Positions 11,307-23,541 of a stretch of 64,000 bases of DNA are shown piece after piece (the first letter of the stretch is position 1; the number at the start of each line of letters is the position of its first letter). The notes below the pieces were generated by a model. The model did no database searches. It was given only the letters and a program-made list of their open reading frames with translations, and was not told where the DNA came from. The translations under genes and the position numbers were made by a program. The DNA is taken from positions 62,001 through 126,000 of the forward strand of contig CDMY01000887.1 in the NCBI GenBank assembly GCA_001179505.1. The letters are read 5' to 3'. The DNA comes from Vitrella brassicaformis CCMP3155. Taxonomy: Eukaryota > Protista > Chromerida.

Positions 11307-14300
11307 CTACCCTCCGCCCCTCCCCCGGCCACGCCCATAGCCCCTCCCACGGCCGCCACCTCCACCGAATGACCCCCTCCCGCCACCGAAAGACGACCCG
11401 CCTCCCCTGCCTCTCTTTGCAGCCGGCCCACCATCCCTCTGGCCATCATAAGTGCGTCGCTTCATCCCGCCCCGATAGCCACTATGGCGCCCCGATGAGG
11501 CGTCCGACGCGTTGTCCCCGCCATTGTTCCCATCACGCAGGGCTGCCGGCTGGTCGTCGTCGAGGTCGGGTAGCTGGCTGGCGGAGGTGACGGGCTCGAG
11601 GGTCATGCTGCTGGTGAAGCGGGAGGGGATCTGCTTGTAGGCCTCCTCGAAGGCGGGGCACACGTCGTCGGCCACGTCGAAGGCTGCACCGGAGGCATCG
11701 GCCAGCTTGATGACTGCGCTTATCTGCAGATAGATGAGATGATGAAGGCAGGAGGGTGGGGGAGAATACTGGGCAATGCAATGCAATGCGATGCGACGCT
11801 CCCGTGCGCACCTTTGCTGTGACGTCTTCGCCGAAGTTGCGGTTCAGGAACCCCCAGATGTAGCCCTTGGTGCGGATCTGGGTGGCCTGCACACACACAC
11901 ACACACACACAACCGCACGAAACGCGTCACACATGCTCAGACACCCCCNNNNNNNNNNNNNNNNNNNNNNNNNNNNNNNNNNNNNNNNNNNNNNNNNNNN
12001 NNNNNNNNNNNNNNNNNNNNNNNNNNNNNNNNNNNNNNNNNNNNNNNNNNNNNNNNNNNNNNNNNNNNNNNNNNNNNNNNNNNNNNNNNNNNNNNNNNNN
12101 NNNNNNNNNNNNNNNNNNNNNNNNNNNNNNNNNNNNNNNNNNNNNNNNNNNNNNNNNNNNNNNNNNNNNNNNNNNNNNNNNNNNNNNNNNNNNNNNNNNN
12201 NNNNNNNNNNNNNNNNNNNNNNNNNNNNNNNNNNNNNNNNNNNNNNNNCCCCCCTCCCACCAATACGCCCGCCCACCTGATATCTGAGGACATAGGTCCT
12301 GAACCCCTCTCTGCCCGTCAGAGGTGACCGCACTTTGAACCCCTCATTGAACCCTGACAGCTCGCAGAAGCAGCGGCACACGGCGTCCACCGCCCCATGC
12401 GACTGGATGAGCTGCTCGGCGGCGTCTTGGAAGGCGTTGAGGATGTTTGGTGGGATGTCGTCGGCCATGACGTCCTCGAGCACAGCACTGGCCGTGGCGC
12501 GGAGGAGCTCCTCTGGCTGGGGCACTCCCACTCGCTGGAACTTGCACCCTGATGGATCATTGCGAGGCAGATTGACAGGGTGGATGAGTGCGTTTGTTAC
12601 CTGTCTTCTTCTCGATGGCTGAGAGGTACGGGGCGTCGTTGCGGTTGCAAAACACTGACAGGGGGAGGGGACACCAGCCAATGTGTGTGTGCGTGTGCGC
12701 GTGTCGGAGCGTTTGTGTGGCTGTCATGGTGGCTTGCTTACTGAGTGCGATGCCTTTCTTGTTTGCCCTGCCGGTGCGGCCAACCCGATGGACGTAGGTG
12801 TCGATGTCGCGGGGGGGAGACAGCTGAACCACCTGCACATAACAAACGACACAAGCAAGGAGATAGATGCATTGAGAGTCGTAGCTGGAGGCTGGCTGTC
12901 TGTCATATTGCTGCTCACGAGTTCCACATCGTCGATGTGCAGGCCGCGAGCAGCCACATCCGTTGCCACCAAACACCGGAACCGACCATCCCTACTCGAA
13001 AGCACACACACACAGAGAGAGAGAGAGAGAGCGACAGCGAGAAAGAGCAGTGGTCGCATGGACGTACAATGCCCCTGTCTCTGTCCCCCTCCCCCTCCCT
13101 GTGTGCCTCTCACGGACTTGAATGCCTTGAGCGTGACTTCCCTCTGCGACTGCGGTATGTCCCCATGCAGCGCCTGGCAGTTGTCTTTGATCGAGGAGCT
13201 CAGGGCGATCTCGTTGGCCTGCGCCTTGGTCTCGGTGAAGACGATGCACCGCCCGTGCAGCCCCGCGTAGATGGTCAGGACGTCTCCCAGGGTAGGCGCA
13301 CGGGCGTGGTAGCCGCACACCATCGCCAGGTGCTGCACACTGTGGGAGGTCTTGACCTTCTCGCTCTTTGTCACGTCCACTGTTTCACGCTGCATCCATC
13401 ATACATACGTTCACACATCGGAACATCCAGTGAGTGGTTGGTGTCTCATCGACTGGTTGATTGCGGGGGTACGTCGGGTTTCATGAAGCGCTGGGCGATG
13501 GAGTGCACCCACGAGGGCAGCGTGGCGCTGAATAGCGCCATCTGGAGGTTCTTGATCGGACCACTGATCGACAAACACAAACACATCAACATACACACAC
13601 ACACACACACGTGGTCCTCCCGCAGCCCTCCCTGAGTGGCTCACGTACGTGACATCTGTCGTGGCAGCGGTGTCGGCCTCGTCCCCCCCTATAGGGGTGG
13701 CACGCTCGCGGGCGATGTGAGCTGGCACAAGGGAGGGAAGAAACATCGATAGCTCACAGTCGATTCATGATTTGCTTTTCGGCGTTGGTCACCGAATATC
13801 TTCTCCACATCTTCCTGAAAGTTGTTCTGCAGCATCTGGTCGGCCTGCAACACGCGAGCACCCGGCATGGCGAGCAAAACAAGAGGCCAGATGGTTGTCC
13901 TCTGGCTCCGCATTCGTTGTGTGTCTGTCTGTCTGTCTCACCTCATCCAGAATGAAGGCCCGCAGCTTCTCAACCTGACGAGAAGACCACACGCACCGCA
14001 TATGACGCAGTCTATGCTGTGGCTGCCCGGATGTCTGTCTGTGAACGTGTCGGTCACCTTCAGAGCTTTTCTTTCCAACATGTCGATGATCCTGCCTGGC
14101 GTGCCCACCACCACATCCACACCCTTCTGCAGGGCCTGCACCTGACCATAAATGCCATTCCACACACACACCGACAGGTCAGTTGCCGTCCATCGATCCC
14201 TCCCTCCCTCCCTCCCTCTCTCCTTACTTGTGGTAACTCCGGCGCGCCGCCATACACACACAGCGTCGCATACCTAGAGAGAGAAACGGACAGACACTCA

Positions 14301-15134
14301 GACAGGTCTTCGTGTGTGTGTATTGCCCACGTTTAGCGCAGCGCACCTGTCGTGTGCGAGGGCTTCGAACTCCTTGGCCACCTGGATGCTCAGCTCACGC
14401 GTCGGCAGCAACACCAGCACCAACGGAACTCGCCTTCAACACACATACACCACATGACACACACGCACACAAATCAGTCGACGCCTACGCGCGTCGATTG
14501 GGTCACTCGACTCACTTCTTGGCGTGTGGCTTAATGAGGCCTTTGGCAAGGAGCCGCTCGATGATGGGCAGCGAAAAGGCCAATGTCTGACAGACAGACA
14601 GACAGACAGACAGGCAGACAGACAGACAGATAGACAGACAGAAAGACAGAGAGATGCGTGGATGCCCCTCCCCTCCCCTCCCCTGTGCACATGATGTGTG
14701 TCGGAGGCGCACCTTGCCTTGTCCCGTCCGCGCCCGGCCGATGAGGTCGTGCTTGTCGTACAAAAGGTCAAAACTCATCCACTGGATGGGGAAGAACTCA
14801 CTGATGCCCCGCTCGGCCAAAGAAGACAGACTCTCCGCACTCACCTGACACCCGGCAGGAACAACCATACCATGCATACCCAATCCCTATTCACACACCG
14901 CACCGCATGCGTGTGTGTGTTTGCCAACTCGCCCGCTCTCACCCGATAGTCAGCGATGATCTTTGATAGACCACCACCACCACCTTCACCAGCCGCAGCA
15001 GAGCTCGGCGCGGCCGCAGCAGAGTCCTCCTCCAGGCCATTCGTCAAGATGATCTCCCCAGCTTCTTCCTCGTGCTTCCTCCGTTTCTTCTTGCCGTCCA
15101 CCCCCTCCCTGTCACCGCGCTTCGCCTTGCTCAT
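11307..15134 (-). CDS. DDX21: DEAD-box RNA helicase, DDX21/RH7 type, with GUCT-like region and RGG tail (multi-exon, spans an N gap)
   Basis: Motifs FPIQ...[54 protein letters not shown] and [11 protein letters not shown] are present, with a C-terminal RGRGGG/RGG tail ending at 11307. Confidence 0.93.
11949..12248. other. Assembly gap (300 N)
   Basis: N run flanked by C runs, inside a helicase intron. Confidence 1.
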
Positions 15135-15216
15135 CTTTGCGTCAGATCTCCCTCAAATTTGAGCTCGCACGATCGGTGCGAGCTGTCAAGTTTTTTGAAA
15201 GAAACGAGGCGAAAGG
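15135..15216. promoter_or_regulatory. 82-bp divergent intergenic region with central dyad
   Basis: Lies between ATGs at 15134(-) and 15217(+). AGCTCGCAC-gatcg-GTGCGAGCT at 15162-15184. Confidence 0.55.
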
Positions 15217-15867
15217 ATGATGTCAGGCTGCAGCGGTGGTGAAGGGCACCAAGCGTTGCCCATCGGCAGCAGCTCTTCCAGCTCTTCCTCCTCCGAACCA
15301 GTGCCGCCTCCACGGTTCTCGCCCCTGCACAGCCCCGCCCTGCCGCACAGTCTGAGCAGAGAGCCGTCCGCACCAGCGCCAAGGGCCAAGGAGCCCAAGC
15401 AGCCAAATGAGGCCGACCACGCACAGCCCGCCCTCTCGCCACCCTCAGCAAACCACCCTCTCCCCTCCAGTGAGCCCTCCCCGTGCGCTTCGGCGGCCTC
15501 TGCTGCATTCGCCACGCCGTCCGACGGCAGCACGCCCCAGTCAGCTCGGTTGCCGGCCGAGGAGATGGAGTTCGGCGATACGGACTCCCGTGACCTGATA
15601 TTGATGGCCGGTGGGGACAACGGCGTGCGGGAGTGCCATTTCCACGTGCATCTGGCGGTGCTGACGTCGAATGTGCCTTGGTTCCGGGATGCGTTCAACG
15701 CGGGGATGCGCGAGATGGCGACCTCCAAGTTCCACTTCCCGGAGGACCACCCGGAGAGCTGGAAGATACTGCTGAGGCGGTTCTACCCCCCACACCTGAA
15801 ACTCGCCGTAAGCAAGCAGCTCACTGGCCCGCTTCATGCCTTCATGATGTATGTGTGTGTGTGCATA

Positions 15868-15903
<36 letters not shown>

Positions 15904-16915
15904 ATGTGTGGGAGTAGGAGTCGATAACGGAGGAGACGGACCCTGAGCACATCCGTGGTCTGCTGGTGCTGGTCGACAAGTACGACATTCAGTGGATCAG
16001 GTCGGAGCTACTCGACATACTCAGGACAGAGTGGTCCGTCAGGACTTTCGGCGTCGCGGACGACCTCGCCAGGTCAGTCAGTGAGCAGACAAACGACTGA
16101 CACCGGAGAATCGCTGCATCCATGTGTGTGTTGTGTGATTGTGGGATTGTGGATGGGAGCTGCAGGCGTCAGCACCTGGACATAGTTCGTGAGTGGTTTC
16201 AGGGCGACCTGCGGTGGATCACCGCAGCCACCCTGCAGGACTTCCTCAACAAGTCCACAGAGCTCGAAGTAAACAGTCCCAAGCAAGAGCCCCGCACCTC
16301 AACACACACACTGTGGGAATCCTTCCCTCTCCCCCTCCCTCTCCCTCTCTCTCTCCCTCTGTGTGTCTGTGTGGCCATCGCTGTGTGCAGGTGGTCCGAC
16401 TAGCGGGTCTGGCGTCGTTTCGGCTGCTGTCATCTGCGATGCCGGCGGCGAGGATCGCCGATGTGGGGGCCATCTACCAGTCCATCAACACCACCGACAG
16501 GCTGGTCTTCCCAAGTGTCTTTGCCGACAGCACTGAAGCCGTCAAGCAAAAGGCCGGATGCAGCGGATGGGTCAGGTGGTAAGCCGAGCACAGACACACC
16601 ACAGCCGCATCACATCAGAGAGGAGGTGGTGCAGCCGTCCATCCATCCATCCATCTGTGTGTGTGTGTGTGTGTGTGTTAGGTATCCCCGCAAGGGCGAC
16701 GTGGGCATCATTGTGCACCAGTTCGACGAGCCCCCGGCTTACCTGATGAAGGTGAGGACACAAACAGACACAGACACACCAGGCAGACAAACCGAACACG
16801 CTGACACTGCCGTGTGTGGATGTATGTGTGTGTGAAGGTTGGCGACAACTACGTGGTGATCGGCAAGAACGGCGTGACGATGGAGGGCCGCAACCTAAAC
16901 ACCATCCTGCAGTGA
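15217..16915 (+). CDS. BTB/POZ domain protein with Pecanex-tail-like C-terminal domain (multi-exon)
   Basis: Low-complexity S/P N-terminus, then a BTB signature (DLILMAG...FHVHLAVLTSNVPWFRDAFNAGMREMATSKFHFPEDHPESWKILL...LLVLVDKYDI). The last exons give IYQSINTTDRLVFP...KQKAGCSGWVRW|YPRKGDVGIIVH...YLMK|VGDNYVVIGKNGV, with the stop at 16913-16915. Confidence 0.85.
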
Positions 16916-18194
16916 TGGGTGGAGGGATGGATGGATGGATGGCTGCTGACGAGTGCTGGTTGGTCTTTTTCACACACGGCCCTCCTGTGCATACTGCAGG
17001 ATGTGATGATGTTTTTCCTTCCCATTCACCTATCGCTCTGTCATCGCTCGATTGCCCACACTGTCTGTCTGTGTGGCTGGCTGTCAACCTATCGCTCAGT
17101 GAGTGCGTGTGTGTGATGTGGTGTGTTGTGTGAGGGTGTGGCGGGCCTCGAGCCAGCATTGGTTTGCCTGGCTGTGTGTGCTTTCGACAATGCGACGGCT
17201 GCTGCTGACCTCTCCCGGGCCATGCCCGGTGAGACAGCGATCTCTGTCAGCCGAGACTGCGCCAATTGTGGTGTATCTGCCCATCGAGTGGATGGATGGA
17301 TGGATGGAGAGCGGGGGCGCTTGTCAGTTGGAGTATCTCGTGTGTCGCTCAGAGACATATGAGAGAATGTCTGTGTCTCTGCCCGGCACCGCAGAGGGCC
17401 GAAACTGACAGTGCTGCACCGCACCTTCAGGCAGGCAGAGGAAACTCGATGTGGTCAACCGGTGTACATCAGATCTGATAATACAGCTTGCTCGCAACAG
17501 GGGGTTTTTGGTTTGTCAGCCACTGTGCCTGTGCCTGTGCCTGTCCGACGGACGATGCTGTGAGGTGCGAACGGGCGAGCGAGTGAGTGCATGACATGCT
17601 GTCAGCGAGTGTCTTGAAACGATGGATCATGTGTCTGTGTGTCCGTGACATGACAGTGACAATGACAGCGCATGATCATACGACTGACTGCACGCAGACT
17701 GAATGAAATGAACGAATGGACAAGAGCGAGCAATGGAGTGAGCGAGGGCATGTCCCGATGGGGCGAGGCGACAGATAGTGTGCGTGTCGACGCCGGTGGC
17801 TCTCTGTGTTGATGAATGACACACACAAAAGGCTCACTCGTGTACACTAGCTGGAATTAACTCATATATATGACATGGGGATACGGGCACACAACAATCA
17901 TTCACCCCCTCCCCCCGTCTGGTCTGTCCACTGCTACGCTACACAAACTCTTCGCACCCTCCCCCCGACCCAACCCACTCCCTCCCTCCCCTCAACGTGC
18001 GCACGCTTAAACACACTCTCACAACCATACACTCATTCATCATGTCCCGGACGGACGATAAATATGCCCTCACACACACACACACACACACGTGATACTC
18101 GACCCTCTACACGACACGACAGGCCGGCAGACAAACACGTCCACCCCCCATCAGTCGATCGGACCCCATCCCCCGCCCCCCATCATCCCGACCA

Positions 18195-20462
18195 TCACCG
18201 CCACGGCGGCGTGGTCCCCCTCCCAGCCATCCTCTGCCCCCCAACGCCGCCCCCTCCTCCAAACCCGCTCGTCACACTCGCCGCATCATGCGCAGCGGCC
18301 GCCAGCTGGGCCGCCTGCACCTGGGCCTGCTGCACCTGCTGCGCCTGGCCAAAATCCATCATGTAGCCCCCGTGCATCGCGTGTGGTGTCCCCGCACCGG
18401 CACCACCGGCGCCAGCACCAGCAACAGCAGCACCGGGCTGGCTCGCCATGGGCGTGTTGGACGACGGGGGGTAGTGGGCGGCGCGGGGGAAAGCCGCGGC
18501 CGCTGCTGCTGCTGCCGCTTGTGGCGGCCCCCTGGCGAATTGGCCCAGGTATGGGGGCGGGGCTGCCGGGGCCGCCTGGGGGGAGTAGCCCATGGCGGCG
18601 GCTGCGTGCATCTCGGCTGCCGAGTATGCCGCTGCTGCTGCTGCTGCGGATTGCATGTCGGTTGCTCCGTGGAGGGGCGGCATGCCTCCCGACTCGGGGC
18701 CGCCGTGGTGCAGGCGGTTGAGTATGAGCACGTGGGCGCTGTGGACGGACCGGAGAGGGCCTGATCGATGTAAAGAGAGACAGGGAGACAGGGAGATAGA
18801 GACATAGAGAGATGCGGAAAGGTGTGTGTAGTGGTTGTGGTTGTGGTTGTGCTGTTGTGCGCACCCGAGATGGTGACTCTTCGGTCGGTGCCGTTGACGA
18901 GATCATTCTTCTGCGATATCTGGACCTTGGCGCCGCTTGTCTGCGCACACCAGACGGGAGCTCACCAAATGAAAGGGTACAAACAGACGGCTTGTGCGTG
19001 GACAGGTACCGTGATGATGTCGTTGAGGACGGCGCCGCTCTTGCCGATGACGGAGCCCACGTTCGCATTTGGCACGGTCGTCGTGATCTCACAATGCTGC
19101 TGATACAAATCTGGGACGACCAACACACACGACGCAACGCACATACAAGCATCACGACCCACACCACACCACACCACACCACACACGCATAGTTTTCTCT
19201 CTGTCTGCTTGCCTGGAGGTATCATCCCGAACTGTGGCGGCAGCGCGGCCGCCCCGCTGAGCCCATGATAGGTCATCATCTGCTGATACTGATGCGGCGG
19301 CGAGTGTGGGCCCCCGTACCCACCCATCATATCGTGGCCGTGGCCGTGACCATGGCCGTGCCCATGGTGCCGGTCCGGCCCGCCCCACCTGTCCCCGCCC
19401 CTCTCGCCCCCCCTCTCGCCCCTGTCAGGCGGCCCATAGGTGACGTGCAGGTTCTCCTTGAGGTTGGCGTCTGACTGTATCTCGCGCAGCACCATCTCGG
19501 CCGCAGCCTGGATGCACCCGAAGGACCCGCTGATGTGACACACGCGCTCCGTCAACGACTCGTTCTCCAACCTGCACACAGGGATAACGTGGGCAGGCTG
19601 TGGTGAGGCTGGTTTGTGTGCCTTTGACCGACCTGTTGGAGACTTGTATTTTGGCGCCGCTGTCGTCCTGCATGCGTTTGATCTCGGCGCCGCCCTTGCC
19701 GATGATGCAGCTGACGGCGCTGTTGGGGACCACGACCTTGACCGTCAGCTTCGACTCGTCCGACGCTGAAGGGTCCTGACCCTGCGCAACGTCACGCACC
19801 TTGCTCTGATGATCACCATCACACATCACACACAACAGGCAGACGATAGGTGGATCACATCACTGAATGGATGAGCGGATGGTTGAGAGTGTACCAGTAT
19901 GATGTTCATGGCTTTGATGATTTGTTCGATTTTGCCGCCCATGACGACCACTCGGTCCATGGTGTGTGGGAAGTAGTGGCTGCTCGGGCTCAGCTTCATG
20001 ATCACACCCGTCGTCTCCTCGATCTCGGCTATCACAGCACCTGCATCACACACACAGACACAGACACACACACACACACACACACACAACAACAGCACAG
20101 CTCATGTGTGTGTATGCGCCCTTTGGTTCTCTGCCCTCCTCCCTCCGTCTGTCTGCCTGTCCCTCCCTCGCTCCCACCCTCCCTGCCCCCTCAGTGCCTC
20201 CTATACCACTCTTGCCGATGATAGATCCCGCCACGAGGTTGTTGACGAGCATCTTGAGGTAGCACGGCCCGTCGCTGAGTCCCTGCTTGCCAAACCTGTC
20301 CCTCCCATGCCCCAGCGAGGCCGACGAGGCCGACCCGCCGCCATCGACAGAGATCCTCCGCCGCTTGGCGGCGCTCTCCTCGCCGTTCTCGCCGTTGACT
20401 TCTGCTGCCTGCTGTGCGTGGGTGCCGTCCATCTCCTTGAATGTTGGCGGCTCCGATGACAT
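18195..20462 (-). CDS. NOVA/BTR1-like RNA-binding protein with three KH domains (multi-exon)
   Basis: KH1 YLKMLVNNLVAGSIIGKSG|AVIAEIEETTGVIMKLSPSSHYFPHTMDRVV, KH2 VVVPNSAVSCIIGKGGAEIKRMQDDSGAKIQ and KH3 VPNANVGSVIGKSG...SGAKVQIS...DRRVTISG, then an Ala/Gln/Gly-rich tail. Confidence 0.88.
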
Positions 20463-20818
20463 GATCACGCCATGCACTCACTGACAGACGCACGAGCCAC
20501 TCCTGATAGTCGCCGTGCCGTCTTGGCAGCTCGAGGGGAAGCAGAGACGCTAAGCCAGGAGAACACCGTTCGCCGCGAGTTAGTGCCCGACGGTCGTGAA
20601 AACGAACCCGGACGCCAGCGGCACTTCCACCGAATCGGGAGCAAACGAAAACGTGGTGTGGTAGAGCGTGGAGCAGGATCATTTTGACGTCGTACAGTCC
20701 AACTTCCCGTCTCGGCCCACTGTCTCGGCCGCGTCTCATTGCCCCCAGGAGTGCCTGCCCCACCCGTCAGTCCTTTCGCATTTGTCGACGGTTCACGGTC
20801 ACTCTTTCTACTCTAACT

Positions 20819-22842
20819 ATGAAGGTGGTATTCCTCTGCTTGTGGCTCCTCGGAGTCCTACTCCAGTGCAATGCCATCATTGCTCTCCAGCGTGCAGGCG
20901 CTCAAACTGGCAAGTTCTCCACGGCTGCCGTGCCCTTTCGCAACGCGTGCCTCTGTTCGCTTTGTTGCAGATACAGAGGAGGCCCTGCTGGCAGTCAACG
21001 GGTCGGACTCGAAGAAGACTGTGGTCGTCGTTGGCGGAGGTAATATGCGTGTCTCGCCAGCCCACCCCAGAGTGTATCGTTATTGATGGCCTTTCTGTCC
21101 AATCATAGGCAATGGCGGACACATGTTCGCGGGTTTGGCCGCCTCCAAAGGCCATGACGTGTACCTCCTGACCTCAACGCCCAGGAGTGCGGCTGAATGG
21201 CAAGAGGCCATAGCAAGCGGCGACCCTCTCGTCATCGAGTACGTCAATGAGCCTGGGAAGCAGGTCACAGGACGTCTCAAAGGAGCCACCCACGACGCTG
21301 CGATCATCAAGAAGGCAGATGTCATCATCTTTGGGGGGATGGAGGCAGCGTATCACCGGCAGAACCTGAAGAAAATGAAAGACTACTTCAAGCCGGGACA
21401 GATTGTTTTGATGGTGTCGGGAGGTTGGTTGGGCCGCTCGGAGGAGTATCTCGGCAAACACTATATGGGTGAGCAAACGCATCATGCACAAACGTACGAA
21501 GCCGATGCATTTCCCGCTCGCCTGCGTGAAATCAATGCAGAGGTCCTCTTCGGCGTGATGCAGTCACTTCCCTGGGCCGCACGTTTCGTGGGGCCCAGGG
21601 GAAAGCGTGTTGAGAACTACGGGGCTAAATCCGTTATGCCCTTGGGTCTGACTGGCCACGGAAAGCACTCCAGTGTCATCCAGCTGATGAGGAGCCTCAC
21701 GGACATTGACTTCGTGTTGAGTCCCTCTCTGCTCGGTGGGCAGGTGGTGGGGAAATGGATGGATGGATGGATGGCTGCCCGCCTGCCCGCCCGCCGACTT
21801 CTGTCTGACTGCCTGCCTGAGTGACTGCCAAACAAGTGTCTGTCTGTCTGTCTGTTGCTAACCCCCCAGCGGTAACCCTCGAAGACCCCGCGCCGCGAAT
21901 TCACCCAACATTGATGGTACTAGAGAAAAGCAGTGGCGGCGGCTCTTCTAAATTCGGCTGCCCCGGATGTTTGCATGTATGTTGTGCGTTGTCTGTTGTC
22001 TGTTGTATGTTGTCTCTTAGTGGGGACATTATCGACCCTTGAAGGAAAAGCTGATTGCAGCCAGTAAAGTCCTGGTAAGGCATAAGCACACGCACCCCTT
22101 TGGCTGAATGCACGCACTCGTGCAGCTGTTCTATCAAGGAGCTCGACCAGAGGCCGTGAAGGTCCAAGAAGGGATGGATGCGGAATGTATTAGATCAGCC
22201 ACCCACACAAAACTGCAAACACAAGCTGGGGATAGCATGCAGACACGGAAAAGCTTGACACGTGTGTGTACAGGTTGCCCTTGCGCAGGCCATCACCCTT
22301 CGCTGTGAGGGTCATGTCGACCTCTCCAGCATCAAGTCCACACAGGACACTCTCTTGAAATGGTACGGCCATTCCCAGGTTAGTGATCCTTCGACCCTCC
22401 TCACTGTCTACCAAACCAATGAGCCCTACAATGGCTTGAGAACTCCCCACACCATCGTCAAAGAGGGGCCGAATAAAGGGAAGGCCAAGCTGGATTGGAC
22501 TAGTCGATACGTCACCAGCGACGTCCCTCTCGGCGCCGTCGTGGCCAAAGGTACACCACATGTGTGCTCTCTCTGAAATGTGCTGTCTCACCCCTCTGTG
22601 TGTTTGTGTGTGAAGGTATTGGTGATCTCTTTGAGCAGCCCATGCCCGTGACCACCTTCCAGATCCTCTACTGGCAGCAGGTCATGGACAAGCAGTACGT
22701 GACTTCGAAACTCGGGACGCCAGACCTTGAGAGGGTGAAGAGCATTGATGACGTTCGTAACCTCTACCGCACTCTCATGACCTTCCGCGCCGATGGAAAA
22801 GACATAAAGGAAACCATGGTACTCGCAGCAAAGCACGTATGA
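20819..22842 (+). CDS. NAD-dependent opine (octopine/tauropine family) dehydrogenase with N-terminal signal peptide (multi-exon)
   Basis: Rossmann VVVVGGG|NGGHMFAG, QSLPWAARF, RIHPTLM, LFYQG, YNGLRTPH and SRYVTSDVPLGAVVAKG are present. The N-terminus MKVVFLCLWLLGVLLQCNA is a hydrophobic leader. Confidence 0.85.
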
Positions 22843-23541
22843 AGGGGAAAGGAGGCAGGCAGACAGTGCCTCTCGGGGCGGGATCGGACTTTGTAGGCTC
22901 CACAAGCCATGAACATTCACTCGGTGAAGGAGTTTTTCGGCTTGACCAACTTCGCGTGCACCTACCTACTTCCCGTGCCTCCTCCTAAAGCTCCTCAATG
23001 AATGAATGAACGGCAACGAATGAAAGAGAAAGGCGAGTCCGTTACGTGATGCAACAGGCTGACGTCTGGCTGCCTGTCCGTCCGTCCGTCTGTCTGTCTG
23101 TCTGTCTGTGTGGGTGGGTGGCTCGCCAGTCAGTGGTGTGCTGCCAAGAGGCGTGTCAGATCGCCGCAGCGCGTGTTGGCGGATTTTGCCTGCATCCCGA
23201 GAACTCTGTCTTTCTCAAGGCTCTCTCCTCACTGACTGACTGACCTCTGCCTGGCCGTCTAGATCTATCTGTGCGCGTGTCTGCACGTACAGTGTATGGG
23301 TGCATGGATGGGCCGCCAGATGCGAAGAACAAATACGTCCACACCCCGAGACACACAGACAAAGAACGAACACCGCGGAATCAATTGGCAGATCGATCAC
23401 GGACCGGATGGTTGGTTGGTTGGTTGGTTACGATAACGGGCCCTGGGAATGCCCCGGATGGATGCACAATTGCAAGGCAGGAGGACAGCTTCCGCGAGAC
23501 CGGACGAAATAAAGACACTGAAAACCTATATAATCCGCACA

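Noticed and set aside
11533-12681. Long ORFs running through N tracts (also ~27000-27900, ~41000-41700, ~44900-45700)
   Set aside because: Their length is an artifact of translating Ns.
17240-17300. DCANCG as the start of a MYND finger downstream of the BTB gene
   Set aside because: The remaining Cys/His ligands are absent, and it lies past the BTB stop in microsatellite-rich sequence.
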